From Saprolegnia diclina VS20 (taxonomy: Eukaryota), in NCBI RefSeq assembly GCF_000281045.1, contig NW_008246083.1, forward strand, positions 632,186-696,185: 64,000 nucleotides of DNA, in the 5' to 3' direction. The notes beneath the pieces are model-generated. The model did no database searches and was not told the DNA's origin. It was given only the letters and a program-made list of their open reading frames with translations. Shown here piece after piece: positions 48,944 to 60,788 of this stretch; the stretch's first letter is position 1, and each line of letters starts with the position of its first letter. Made by a program: the position numbers and the translations under genes.

Positions 48944-50517
48944 ATGGCCGACGTGATCCGTGACGGCGATACCGTCGTGTGCTACACGAGCGATGACCGC
49001 GTCTTCTTCCAGGAGGTCTCGCCCAAGATGTACGCGCTTCGCTGCTGGCCATGGCGCTCACCTCGCCGGCGTAGGACGCTGCGCATTGGCAAGGCCACCG
49101 TGACGCTCAAGTCGGCGATCGGCCACCCGTATGGCACGATCTTTGAAGAGAGCGAGAAGGCGCTGGTGCCAGTCACAGGCGGTACGCATCTTGCGCCATG
49201 CGGCTTCTTGACGATGACCATCATAGGCCTCTTCCCGGACCCGGTCGCGCCCGAGGTCGGCGATTTCCAGGTCCCGACCAACGACAACCGCCACTACACC
49301 GACACGAACGACTCGCAAAAGCTGAGCAACGTGCAGATCGCTGAGCTGCGCGCGTCGGGCGTCAACGGGTCGGAGCTCATCGCGAAGCTCGTCGAGAACT
49401 CGGACACGTGGGACACGAAGACGGATTTTTCAAAGCAAAAGTACCTCAAGAAGAAGCAGCAAAAGTACATGCCACGCATTCAGATGGTGCGCTGCACGGC
49501 CATGAGCCTCACGGAAGTCTACCACGTGCGCCAGCCCTTCAAGATCCTCAACCTGCGCGCCGACACGCTCGGGCAGCTCCTCCAGTACGGCAACGTCTAC
49601 GCCGGCGCGCAGGTGCTCGTCGTCGACACGTGCATGGGCCTCGCCACGGGCGCGATCGCAGAGCGCATGCTGGGTACGTGACCTCTCGCTCGTCGCCGCC
49701 TTGCTGCACAATATGCTCTTAGGCCATGGCCGTATCCTGGCGGGCTTTGAAGGCCAGCAGATGGCGGCCGATACACTGCGCCGCTTCAACTTTGGTACTG
49801 AACGGGTATGGAAGGAGTGGGTAGCTCACGCGATGCTAGAACCGGCGGTGAACGACAGCATCATCCCGTTCCCGCTGGGCTACGTCGGGCTCTTGAGCAA
49901 GGATGAAGCAGACCTGGCGCCGCCGCCAAAGTCTCAAGCCGAGATGGACTCAACCCAAGAAGAGATCGAAGCGCGCCAGCGCGAAGTCGCCGAGCGCGTT
50001 GCCCTCTATACGCCGGAAGAACAGGCCAAGTACCTCGCGAAGAAGGAAGCGCGCACCAAGGCGCGTCAGACCAAGACGCGCCGGACGCCGGCCGAAGTGC
50101 GGACGTTGCTGCGGACGCCGTCCGACAGCTTGATCATTGCGTCGCACTACGACCCGCTCGCGATGCTGCAGTCGCTGCTGCCGCTCCTCGGCCTCTCCAA
50201 GCCGTTTGTCGTTTACTCCGAGTACCTCGAGCCGCTCACGACCGCGTTCGACGCGCTCCAGCGCATGGATTCCATCGTCAACTTGCAGCTCAACGACACA
50301 TGGACGCGCGAGTACCAGGTTCGTCCAGCATCTTTGTGTTGAGTGACAAACGTATGTACAGGTGCTGCCGGGCCGAACGCACCCGGAGATGACCATGAGC
50401 GCGGGCAGCGGGTACATTCTCTCGGGCATCAAGGTCGAGTCGTCGCCACCGCCGGCGTCGCACGCTACGCTCAAGTCGGTCCCGCGCCGGACCAACAAAA
50501 AGCCCCGTGCGGTTTAA
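48944..50517 (+). CDS. TRM6: tRNA m1A58 methyltransferase non-catalytic subunit (Trm6/Gcd10), multi-exon
   Basis: IGHPYG, DNR...D...QKLS, KTDFSKQKYLKKKQQKY, LRADTLGQLL, KPFVVYS, WTREYQVLPGRTHPEM..GYILSG. Confidence 0.95.
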
Positions 50518-50817
50518 GCTACATACACCAATGTCCTTCATCCACCCCTGTTTTTTCACCAAATAATTGTTTTTGAATAAAAAAAAACGCTCCCCAAGAA
50601 ATCGAACGGAGCTCGACCACTCCGCCTCGTGGACAGCCAGCGTTTGGATGAAGGCAAGATGTCGACAAGCACTTCCATCGCCCTCAACGAAGCATGGGGA
50701 TTCTGCCCTGCGGACGGTACCCTAACCCTTTACGTACCCTAGCCCTAGCAGGTGACGGTCGTCGTTGAAGGTTAAAATGGGTCTCCTCTTTTGTCTATCT
50801 AATATTCTCAATATTGT

Positions 50818-51812
50818 CTACTGGGTCAGGCGCGGCTCGGTCGTCTTGGGTATCCTTCGAATCGAGATAAGCTTGGCGTGGGTCTCGTGGTACGAGCTGC
50901 ACAGCGGTCGCGCGCGGCGCAGCTTGGGGTCCATGCTCAGTAGCTTCTCGATTGAGAGCTTGGCAAAGTGGGGTAGCACCAGTGCTGGGTTCAAACCCGG
51001 CTTCTCGTATGCGTCGAGGACCACTGCGCAGCCATACACCTCGTGCGTCCTTGGATCTTGAAGCGGCGCGGTGGCACAAAACTGAAAGACGCCGGACGAG
51101 TAGTTGACGCAGCAGATGCGGCCGGCGAGGACCGCGCGGCTGCAGAGGAGGCGAAAGGCTTCGCCCATGACGAACGCGCCAAGACCCTGCTGCGTGAGCA
51201 CCGTGAGCGGCGCGCCTTCCGTGTAGAGCACGAGCGCGCCAAAGGCACAGTCCATGGCGTCGCACATGCTCGCGCAGATGCCAGCGAGCGAGTCGACGGT
51301 GCTTGACGGCGCCTTGAGCTGCACGCTGCGGAGCTTGGGCACGCCATGAATCGGCGACAGCATCGGGTGCGTCGACGCCAGCGGAAACGACTTGACGACG
51401 GGCGGCGGTGGTGGCAGCGTCACGTCCGACTCGGTCGACCGCGGAAGGCTAAAGAGCGACCTTCGCGTGGACGGGACGCCGCGCGAGAGCGCTTCATCCT
51501 GCGGCGCGCTGTCGACGCACCACATGCACGCGAGCGTCAGCGCTGTGCCAGCGAGCGGGACGCGGACGTAGCGCTCTTGGAGGCACTTGTAGCAGTAGAT
51601 CTCGCCGCACTAGACAAAGGTAAGAGGCACGATGCACGAGACATTGGGCGTACGACGCGGCAGTGGTGCTTGCGGCGGAAGAGGCGGAACTTCTTGACGC
51701 AGGCGTTGCACCGGTCCGAGTGCGCGTCTGGCTTCCAGCCCGAGACGGGCACGCCTTGCAGGACATCGATCCCGCGCAGCGCGTCGGCTTGGTCGGCAAC
51801 GTACTTGGTCAT
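50818..51812 (-). CDS. FYVE zinc-finger protein with degenerate GAF-like C-terminus; multi-exon
   Basis: WKPDAHSDRCNACVKKFRLFRRKHHCR/CGEIYCYKC; C-terminal FQFCATAPL...VYGCAVVLD resembles GAF of oomycete FYVE-GAF proteins. Confidence 0.8.
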
Positions 51813-52278
51813 ACCTCCTTCGCTAGTGGCTCGACAACAACGCGTGATGGTTCAGGTAGCGGACGTACACAAATGGCATGTGCCATGCTTCTGGCAACCC
51901 AGTTGGTCTGACGCGCTGGACTCTCTACCGAGGGAGCCTAATTTTTGGTGCTGAGAAAGGCCGAGTGCCCACTTTGCACTTGGCGATTGTATGGAAAACG
52001 CAGTGTCATGGGACACAGCAGACGGCGCCGCGGACGTCACCCTCTGCCACGAGCGAGCTCACACCGCGTCCGAGAGCTTGGATGGGTGCGCGCAGCCACC
52101 TGGAGCTGCGCGTCTCCGGCGCAGCCGAGGCCACGACGGTGCAATCGCGCCGCCAAGGAAGCAGAGTAGCTGGCGCTATTGGGTAACTTTTCCGCTGGCG
52201 CAGTGACGTCGGTCGGAAGGGGCGGGAAAGATCAAGTCACGACCACTGTACGCATGACGATGGAGTGGATTCATGAAG

Positions 52279-52665
52279 TTAGCTGCCGCGGTACGTCGAG
52301 TACCCGAACGGGTTGATGAGCAGCGGGACGTGGTAGTGGCCGCCGATCTCGGTGACGCGGAAGACAATGGTCACGCTGGGGTAGAAGAACTCGGCGACGT
52401 TGGTTTGCTCAAAGTATGCCTGCGTGTAGAACGTAATGCGGCAGGTGCCAACGACGTCCTGGCCGGGCGTCGTGAGGCCAGGCACGCGTCCGTCGGCGTT
52501 GGTGACGCCAGCGCCGATCTGTGCCCAGACGCCCGGCGCCGTCTCGCGCTCGAGCGCGACGCGCATGTCGGCAGCGGGGCGCCCGCGGGACGTGTCCAAG
52601 ACGTGCGAGGTTACGGGCGCGGTCGCAGGCATCACGTGCTGGGCGATGACCTCGAGTCGGTTCAT
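52279..52665 (-). CDS. URAH: 5-hydroxyisourate hydrolase (transthyretin-like)
   Basis: TSHVLDTSRGRPA, TNADGR, FFYP, HYHVPLLINPFGYSTYRGS*. Confidence 0.95.
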   Translation of the reverse strand: MNRLEVIAQHVMPATAPVTSHVLDTSRGRPAADMRVALERETAPGVWAQIGAGVTNADGRVPGLTTPGQDVVGTCRITFYTQAYFEQTNVAEFFYPSVTIVFRVTEIGGHYHVPLLINPFGYSTYRGS

Positions 52666-53197
52666 CCTATCCGGATGGTGATCGGACCAGATTCGCGATC
52701 TTCCGCCCAATACTGGCGTGCTGGCGTCCAGCCACGTTAGCTGGCTGCGAGCGACGGCCAGGATGAGCCAAGAGAGCCACGGTGCAGGCACAGGCGTCTA
52801 TCATTCATTGGCACTGCGCGTCGAATCGAGTGGCGTGGTGCTGGTCCGCTCGAGTGGCCGGGTCTTCGACCGTATATTTGCTGAAATACACCGTCTTTTC
52901 GTAAAATCGACGGTACATTGCGACTGTGCATAATGAATGAGCTGCGGGTCCTCAAGAGAAGCGGCTGCGTCGTGTGGCAGCGCTCGTACCGTCCTATATA
53001 TTCCGTGCGCGAGTCGCCTCCGACGCGACCGGCCCGTAGCGCTGTCGAGAGCTTACGATTGCGGTAAGCTGCATGCTGCCGAAATTAGCTGGTTCAGGTG
53101 GCAGTTGTCGCGAAGTTGCGCGCGGCATATGCCGAATCTTGCGGGCCCCGGGGTGCGATTGGTGGAGTTGCAACGGTGCAAACTGGTGCCAACCCGA

Positions 53198-56100
53198 ATG
53201 GAGACGGCCTACGCCAAGATCGCGGGCGTCGCAGCCGCGCCGGCGCTCCGCGTCTCCGAGGCCAAGGCGCCGGACGAGGTCATGGAGGTTGCGCCGTTCA
53301 CTTCTGTAGCTGGCGACGAGGCCATCTACACCAACGCGGGCGGTCCGATCTGGGCCATGGACTGGCTCGTGGAAGGTGTCGGGCCCGCGTACTTGGCGCT
53401 GGGCGTGCACCCGACGAACGCAGACGGTAGCGTCTCGGACCACACGTACGACCAAAAGTATAGCGGCGAGAACGTCATCCAGGTGTGGAGCATGCCCAAG
53501 CAGCATCCCGAGACGATGGCATGGACGGTCGGGTTGCGCCATGACGGCGGCTTTGCCTGGGACGTGCAGTGGAACAAGCACCGCGAGCACCTCCCGAGCG
53601 AGTGGCAGTCGGGCGTCGGGCTCCTCGCGGCTGCGCTCGCCGACGGGCGCATCGTACTCTACCACGTGCCAAAGAACACGACCGAACCGATCTTGGACCT
53701 GGCGCCGTTCTGCAGCACAACACGAGACCATAGCGTGACGCTGGCGCTGCGCTGGAGCCTCGTGAACCCGTTCCAGTTTCTCAGCGGCGCCTGCGACGGT
53801 ACGCGCTCCGACTCGAGTTCCGGCGAGACTGATGTCTTACGGCGTAGGCTCGATCCAGCTGTGGAGCATTGCTGACGCGCCGACGCTGACACCGCTTCGC
53901 CGCTTTGACGCAGGTACGTTGACGGCGCATTTAACGAGGCTCATCTCGATTCTCTAGTCGACACGGTGTGCAAGCTGCCCAGCCTTGGGTGGGGCGCGGG
54001 CTGGGTCGCGGTCCGCGACATTGCGTGGTGTCCATACGACCCATATATCTTTGCGACCGTCGGCAACGTACGTGCACGGCCAATCAATCTATGGGACGAG
54101 TGTGACCATGTAGGACTCGATGCTGCGGATCTGGGACGTCCGCGAGCCGCGCGCGTGCATTCGCGCGCACCGCCTGCAAGGGCTGACATGGGCGCTCTCG
54201 GTACAGTGGTCGTCCAACTGCTTGCTCCAAGTCTCGGGCGACCAAGGCTGCGTGCTCTCCTTCCATCTCTACGTACACAATCCCTAATCTCGTATCCTAC
54301 TACCCCAACCCTAGTCGGGCACGTCCACCGCGGTCACGTGGCACCCGCAGGTCGACAGTCCCGTGTGGCAACTCGGCTACTCGGAGGTAGAGTTCCCTCA
54401 TATGACGCGTTCGCACGAGCTGACTAGGAGCTGAACGAGCGCACCATCATTGCATCCTGCTGCGCGGCCGGCACGGTTCGCTATATCCTGGGCTTGGCCC
54501 CCCACGTGAAGCGCAAGCGCGTGCCCTCGGTGCAGCTCGCGCAATGGACGCGCCCGAGCGACGGCCATATCCATGTCGACTTCGCGCAGCGGCTTGCGCC
54601 CGAGCCCAACATGAGCACCAAGGTAGATGCTGTCGCATGCCTGTCTCACATGTCGTAGGAAAAACGAACGTTCCCGCATCGCGACGTGGCCATCCACCGC
54701 CTCGCCTTTGGCCCGATCGCGTCGCACTGGCAGCACTCGCTGGTCTTTGGCGGCCACCGCGGGCTGCTCGTGTTGCGGCAGTATCCGCCGGATGCCTTTG
54801 GCAAGCCGAGCGCGTTCCGGCTTCACAAGCCCGTGCTCGGCCGGCCCCGGAAGCACCCGGCGACCGAGCGCAAGAAGACGGGGGTGCGCGGCCGTCCGCG
54901 CAAAGCCACGAAAGCGGTCGTCGACGATGACGACGACGATGCAAGCAAGGCGACCGTGTCGGAGGGAAGCGAGGACGAAGCGGCGTCGGGCACGAGCCAA
55001 AGTGAGCTGGACACGAGCGACATTGCCGACGACGACGACTCGGACGAGGATGCGGGCAAATCGAAAAAGGCGGGCAAAGCGCCCGTCGTGTCGGTGCCCA
55101 AGCGCGTGCTCGGGCGCCCGCGCAAGAAGGTCGTCAAGCCCCCAGCAGACGCTGACGACGACGATGGGGACGACGAGCAAATCGCACCTGTCGTGGCGGC
55201 TGCCAAGCCGACCAAGGCGGCGAAGAAGGCAAAACCCACCAAGTCCAAAGCCATCGCGTCCGAGTCTGCTGTCGTGTTGAAGCCACCGACGATCCTCGCC
55301 AAGAAGCCGAGAGGCCGGCCCCGCAAGGTGGTGTCCGCGGCGACGGCAACGACGGCAGTGGCGACAACGACGACACCCAAGGGCAAAGGCAAGAGGCCGG
55401 CCGTACGCAAGCCCGACGCTGAGACACCGCCGATCAAGACGGAGCGGCAGCGGTCGCTCCTGGACTTTTTCGAGACGCCAACGAAACCGGCTGCAGCGGC
55501 GGCCGGCGCACCAGACTCTGTCGTCGTTCACAAGAAGCGCGGTCGACCGCGCAAGATCGTCATGCCCGAGCCAGCGCCACCTGCGACGGCTGCCGACAAG
55601 AATGTAGCTACCGCACCCGCCGACGAGGGTGTAGGTGCAGCAGCCACCAACGAGGGTGTAGGTGCAGCAGCCACCGGCGTCGCAGTGGCGGAGACAACGC
55701 ACTCGTTCTTGATGCTACAGCCATCGGACGCCGCGATGCCCAAGCGTCGTGGCCGCCCACCCAAGCACGACGTGACCGAGCCCGTCGTCAAGCTTCCCCG
55801 CGGACGTCCGCGCAAGAACCCGATCGAAGACGAGATGCCCAAGCGCCCTCGCGGACGACCGCCGAAGCGCCCCGCACCGGTGCTGACGGGAAAGGACGAC
55901 GGCGCGTCGACAGACACTGCGACGCCGGCGCCGTCGCCCACCCAAGCATCGGCTGCCACCGAGGCACCGACGCAACCGTCGACTGTCGTAGCAACCGAGC
56001 CGCGCACCAAGAAACCGCCCGCTGCCAAGAAGCCACCGATGCGTCGCCCAGATGACGACGAGACGCCGATCAAGCAAGAGCCGATGACACGACGAAGCCG

Positions 56101-56408
56101 CATGCGCGGCGATGACGCGCCGGACCTCGAGGCCCCCGTGGCGTGGGTCAAGGGCAGCGTCGTGCACGTGTTGCCGCGGACGTGGGCCGGCATGAACAAG
56201 CTCGGTGGCACGGGTCGTATCACGAGCCTCAACGACGGTACGCACATATATTGTCTATTCTTGAGCTAAGGATGGCGTAGATGGCTCGGTGAACGTCAAG
56301 TACGTCCTTGGCGGCCAAGACAAGAACGTACGGAAGGAGTTCATCACGTCCACCGCCGCCGCCGCCGCGCCACCGGACGATGCCAACAAGCGGCGGCGCC
56401 TCGACTAA
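53198..56408 (+). CDS. GTF3C2: WD40 protein resembling TFIIIC subunit GTF3C2/Tfc6, with C-terminal AT-hook array; multi-exon
   Basis: NAGGPIWAMDW..YLALG..IQVW..HDGGFAWDVQW..GLLAAALADG pattern; eight GRPRK/GRPPK motifs in ORF 54686-56269. Confidence 0.7.
55622..55675 (+). repeat. 27-bp tandem duplication within CDS (EGVGAAAT x2)
   Basis: acgagggtgtaggtgcagcagccacc occurs twice in tandem. Confidence 0.85.
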
Positions 56409-56781
56409 CCCCAAATGCCACCTTGATGTGCTCTGTCTTGCTAACTTCTGCAGACTGCCACGTGGCAGCGTGTCGAGCCAGAGACAACGCCGTGTCGTCG
56501 GTAAAGCCACGAGGTCGAGACGCGGACTGCCTGCGTCCTGATTCCAACGATTACGAGATCCGGCAGCTCGGTGCTCGGTGCTCAGTGCTCGGTAGAAGGC
56601 GGCTGCTGTAGAGTGGCTGCTGCAGAGGAGCAAGAAGTATACACTAGGATCAATGGTCCAGATACGCATATCCTCTCTCTCGACCGGCGACTGCAGTACG
56701 ATCGGCCGCGCGGCTGCGGCACCCGGCGTGAGTAATGCTGTCGCGTGTCACCGCCAGCGCCATTTTGCGATTTCCGACAAC

Positions 56782-57174
56782 ATGGAGTGGATCTACCTGC
56801 TCATCTTGCTGCCGCTGCTCGACTATATCCCGAGCTGCTGCTACGCGAGGCGCTTTGCGCTCATCGCGCCCAAAGGCGACGCGGCGACGACGGGCCGCGC
56901 CAACGTAGCGCGCGTCGTGCACCAGGGCGAGCGCCTGGAGACCAAGTTGGCGTACCACCTCATCCCGCTCGTGCTCGCGCTCGTGAGTCTCCAGCTCTGC
57001 AGCATCTACGCGCTTCCCCTTCCGCTCTACGTCCTTGGCGGCCTCGGTCTTCTCATGGTCGTTCTCGTCGCGCAGTGCATTCGGCTTGCGATCGCGTTGC
57101 GCGTGCTGCAGGACGAACAAGACCAGTGGGAAGCGTGGATTGAGCGCGAACTCTCGCCCTACTACACGAGCTAA
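56782..57174 (+). CDS. Small hypothetical membrane protein
   Basis: MEWIYLLILLPLL... with about three hydrophobic segments and GC3-rich codons; 5' end uncertain. Confidence 0.5.
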   Translation: MEWIYLLILLPLLDYIPSCCYARRFALIAPKGDAATTGRANVARVVHQGERLETKLAYHLIPLVLALVSLQLCSIYALPLPLYVLGGLGLLMVVLVAQCIRLAIALRVLQDEQDQWEAWIERELSPYYTS

Positions 57175-57865
57175 AATATACTTTTTTCATATATATATAT
57201 CTGTCGATAGTCGACCCCGTTGCGATAGTTCAACCTGCACACATTGCACTATACACGCAGCGGACACCTTGAGACTACATGCAGTCTGCTTGTTGTTGGA
57301 GCTTGAGTGGATTATGGAATGCGCCAGCGTGAGGCCGCTGCTCGGGTCGACGAGCCCAGCACCCGGCGACGAGCGTGCGAGTGGCGAAGCCAGCGGCGCA
57401 GATGGGGCACTAGGGTTATATGTGGCTAAATATGGCATGTACCATTTTTAACAGATCGGTCGACTGCGCCCGCTGTGGACCTCGAACGCCAACGTGGCAT
57501 AGCGCGTCGTGCTCTCTGAAGCGTGTACTATTGGCCCTTCAAGTACCAGCGATTTCATTTGGAATGTCGTGTTGGCCATCCGACCGGCGCTGTGTCGTGG
57601 CAGTGGCCACACGCAGTGCCTGCGATTGGATGAAATGATTTACCAATATAGCCAATCGAAACAATTCGAGTCTTATATTATTACATACAAACATCGAGTA
57701 AAATTTGCCCATAGTGATTTCATGTTGCGAGCTTCTTTGGCGCACGTGCTGCGACGTCAATTTGCACTTTGGTAGTGGCATGGTGGCTTGGCTCAATTTA
57801 GAAACACAAGTAGTAGGTTATTAGGTTACGTTATTAGATTACGGTTGATATACTAATGAATGTGT

Positions 57866-59302
57866 TTAGTTGGTAGCTTCGGAGGCCTTGACACGGCGGC
57901 GGTAGAGCTCGACGAGCGGAAGCATCAAGATGGCCAGGCCGAGCGAGATGCTGTAAATGACGCGCCATGGACCGAGGCCACCGTGGGCGGCTTCGACAAG
58001 CGGAATCTCAAGGAGCGCGATAATGGCGGCCGCCGTGTTGACTGCACCAATGATCTTGCCCATGTTGACCGAGCCAAAGGTCGCCGCACCGCAGGCTGCG
58101 ACGTTCGAGTAGAACATTGCGCGGAAGGCCGTGAAGAGGACGAAGCTCACGACCTGCAGAGTGAGAACCGGGATCAGCGACACAATGTGATAGCCAATGC
58201 AAAGCGCAGTCGTGAGGCCCATGGACGCCGGGAGACCGAAGCGGCCGACGACCCAGTCGATGACCGGGATGAAGATAAAGCCGGCGGGGAGGATCCAGCC
58301 AAACGCCTTGGTGTAAACCTTGCTCGTATCGTCGTAGTTCTACACCACTCATCATGAGCACCGATTCAAAAGATGCAAAGAATGACATACCGCGAGCGTT
58401 TGGTTGACAGTACCGAAGTAGTAGGACGACTGGAGGTTGTGCACGGCCGTAAACGTGAGGAGGAAGCGGAACTCAAACGACTTGAGCTGCGTGAAGAGCG
58501 GCGACTCGGAGAGCGGCTTGTCTTCTTGGAGCGCGTTGTACGACGGGCTCAGGGCGGCCTCCGGGTCGCTGTTGTCCGAGACACTGTCGATCGTGCCTTC
58601 GAGGACCTTGTTTTGGCGCTCAATGATGCACCAGAGCGCGACGAGCGAGAAGTACACTACGAATGCGACGCCGGCGTAGAAATAGAGCAGCGACTGGCGG
58701 GAGAAGCCACCCGACTTGTGAATTGCGTAGAGCACGGACGGCATGACCGCGCTGCCGTCAAAGAGGCAGCAGACACCCGCGATGATGGCCGTCTGCCACC
58801 GCAGGAGCACAAAACCGGCGCGGTACGAGGCGAGGAGCGTCGCGCTGCCCGACATGCCGAGAAGACCGTAGCCGTAGACAAAAGCATCAAAGGTGGCCGA
58901 GTCACTGACCGCCATGAGGAGGTAGCCCGCGACCGCAAAGATGCCAGCAACCAGCGTCATCCACATGGGGCCGACCTTGTCGAGCACGATGCCGGTCGGG
59001 AGCGAGCAGAACGAGAGGAGGAACTGGGCAACGCCGTAGATAAGGCTGAGCTTGGCGTCCTGGTCGGCGCAGCGGCCGGTGGAAGGGTTGATTGTCTCGG
59101 GCGTGCAGCGCTCGGCGTATTGGTTCTCTTCCTGGAGCATGAGCAGCATCGAGGCCCAGCCAAAGATGAAGCCGGCAAAGAGGAGGTTGGAAAGCCACAC
59201 GAGGAGGACGAGCGTCCACGAGAGCACCTCGCTACGCGTGTAGCCGCCGGGCTTTTCAATGTCGATCGACTGGGAGGACCGGCGAACTGTTGCAAGGGTC
59301 AT
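57866..59302 (-). CDS. MFS transporter, SLC43/LAT3-like, paralog 1 (2 exons)
   Basis: LFAGFIFGWASM..L..E..Y...C, GIVLDKVGP, FDGSA, LQVVSFVLFTAFRAMFY, FG..NMGKIIG. Confidence 0.88.
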
Positions 59303-60380
59303 TCGACGCGGTGAAAATGAAAAATGAAAAAGGTGGCTCGGAGAGCTCCCGAGACAGCCGTGCAAGTGTACCCATGTGTCCGCGATTCGTTGCACCAGAT
59401 GTTGTCGATGCTACGTTCGGCGGCGCGGACTGTGGACCAACGCTCGGCGTGTAGCAGGCGCGGATTCTGACAGAGCAGCGCCGAGTCAAAATGAAAGGAC
59501 CAGCGCACTTGCGAAGGGTCGAGGTACCTCGCTATAGTGTGTTGAGGCGGCGTCGAAGAGGCCGAAAATGGGGCCTGCGACGAGCCTTGGAGAAAAGGCG
59601 CCAAGTCTGTGACAAATCTATGCACCCGGGGCGCCCCGGATTCGTTGAATGTGCCGGATGCCAAGTTGAAGTATGCGGACTGGCTCGGCCCGTGGCGGTC
59701 GAGCCCCGTCCATTCGCCAGCGTGCGTGCCTTGGTTGCTGCTCGGTGTCGGTGACGTCCCAGCGCCTGTCGCGGGGGCCAATCCAAGTTGGCGTGGGTGG
59801 GAGCGTGGCTGCTGCAACCTCGCACCGCGTTCCATCGCTCGTATCTTTTTCGAAGTTTCCAGCGTCCACTGCGATCACCTCGAGAGGACCATCGTTGTCT
59901 CTCGCCCGTTCATGGTAGTCTCTTGACCGCCCTAATATTTCCAGCAATAGGCCACGCGCTATTTCCCTTTGCCCGACGGAAGGAGCCACGACCTTGCAAG
60001 AAGCATGTACCCATAACGGTACGAGCGACGAGGATTGCGTGTTGGCCTTCTGCACCGAGCACCCAGGTAGTGTGGCTATCGTTGATGTTGAAGGAGACAA
60101 TGTGCTCCCTTGCAACAGATTTACGGTGCGTATTCCATCTTGTACGCGCGCTTCGCTGCTCACGCTGGGAGCTGTATTTCACGGAGACAACGGTCCTTGA
60201 CCGAGACTACCAGTCGCGAGCTTGTCGATCGCAATGCAGCGCAATTTTGCATCGGGATGAGATCTTTGGGCATGGTTTTGATCTCTACTTGTAGTGAATC
60301 GCTAGCACGAATAAACAAAGCAGCAACAGAAGGGCGGTAATGTTGGTGTCGGGTGCAAGCGCGTGCAAAAATATGGGATT

Positions 60381-60462
60381 TGTCAGCGGCGGGATTTGAA
60401 CCCGCGAGTGCGAACACACTAGAACTTGAGTCTAGCACCTTGGACCGCTCGGTCACACTGAC
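60381..60462 (-). tRNA. tRNA-Leu (CAA), copy 1
   Basis: Reverse complement of the 60707-60788 copy; long variable arm. Confidence 0.92.
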
Positions 60463-60706
60463 ATTTCTTGATATTAGCACATTTGCAATCAAACCATACA
60501 GTTGCTGTGACAAAATACGGAATTCTAACACAAACAGGCTCCATATCGGATTTGTTTTAATAAAGAAGCTTCAAATCACGTTTATAACAGCTTCTAGTCG
60601 ACAAATTCTATCAATAAAATCGATATGGAGCCTGTTTGTGTTAGAATTCCGTATTTTGTCACAGCAACTGTATGGTTTGATCACAAATGTGCTAATATCA
60701 AGAAAT

Positions 60707-60788
60707 GTCAGTGTGACCGAGCGGTCCAAGGTGCTAGACTCAAGTTCTAGTGTGTTCGCACTCGCGGGTTCAAATCCCGCCGCTGACA
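60707..60788 (+). tRNA. tRNA-Leu (CAA), copy 2
   Basis: GTCAGTGTGACCGAGCGGTCCAAGGTGCTAGACTCAAGTTCTAGTGTGTTCGCACTCGCGGGTTCAAATCCCGCCGCTGACA; anticodon arm CTAGA-CTCAAGT-TCTAG; TTTTT terminator downstream. Confidence 0.93.

Noticed and set aside
50719..50748. Telomere-like CCCTAA/CCCTAG units (also near 37275, 54300, 63920)
   Set aside because: Only 1-3 degenerate units each; not an interstitial telomeric array
48944..60788. Apparent tRNA-biogenesis cluster (TRM6, TFIIIC-like subunit, tRNA genes)
   Set aside because: Genes are separated by unrelated loci; co-location is plausibly chance without synteny evidence
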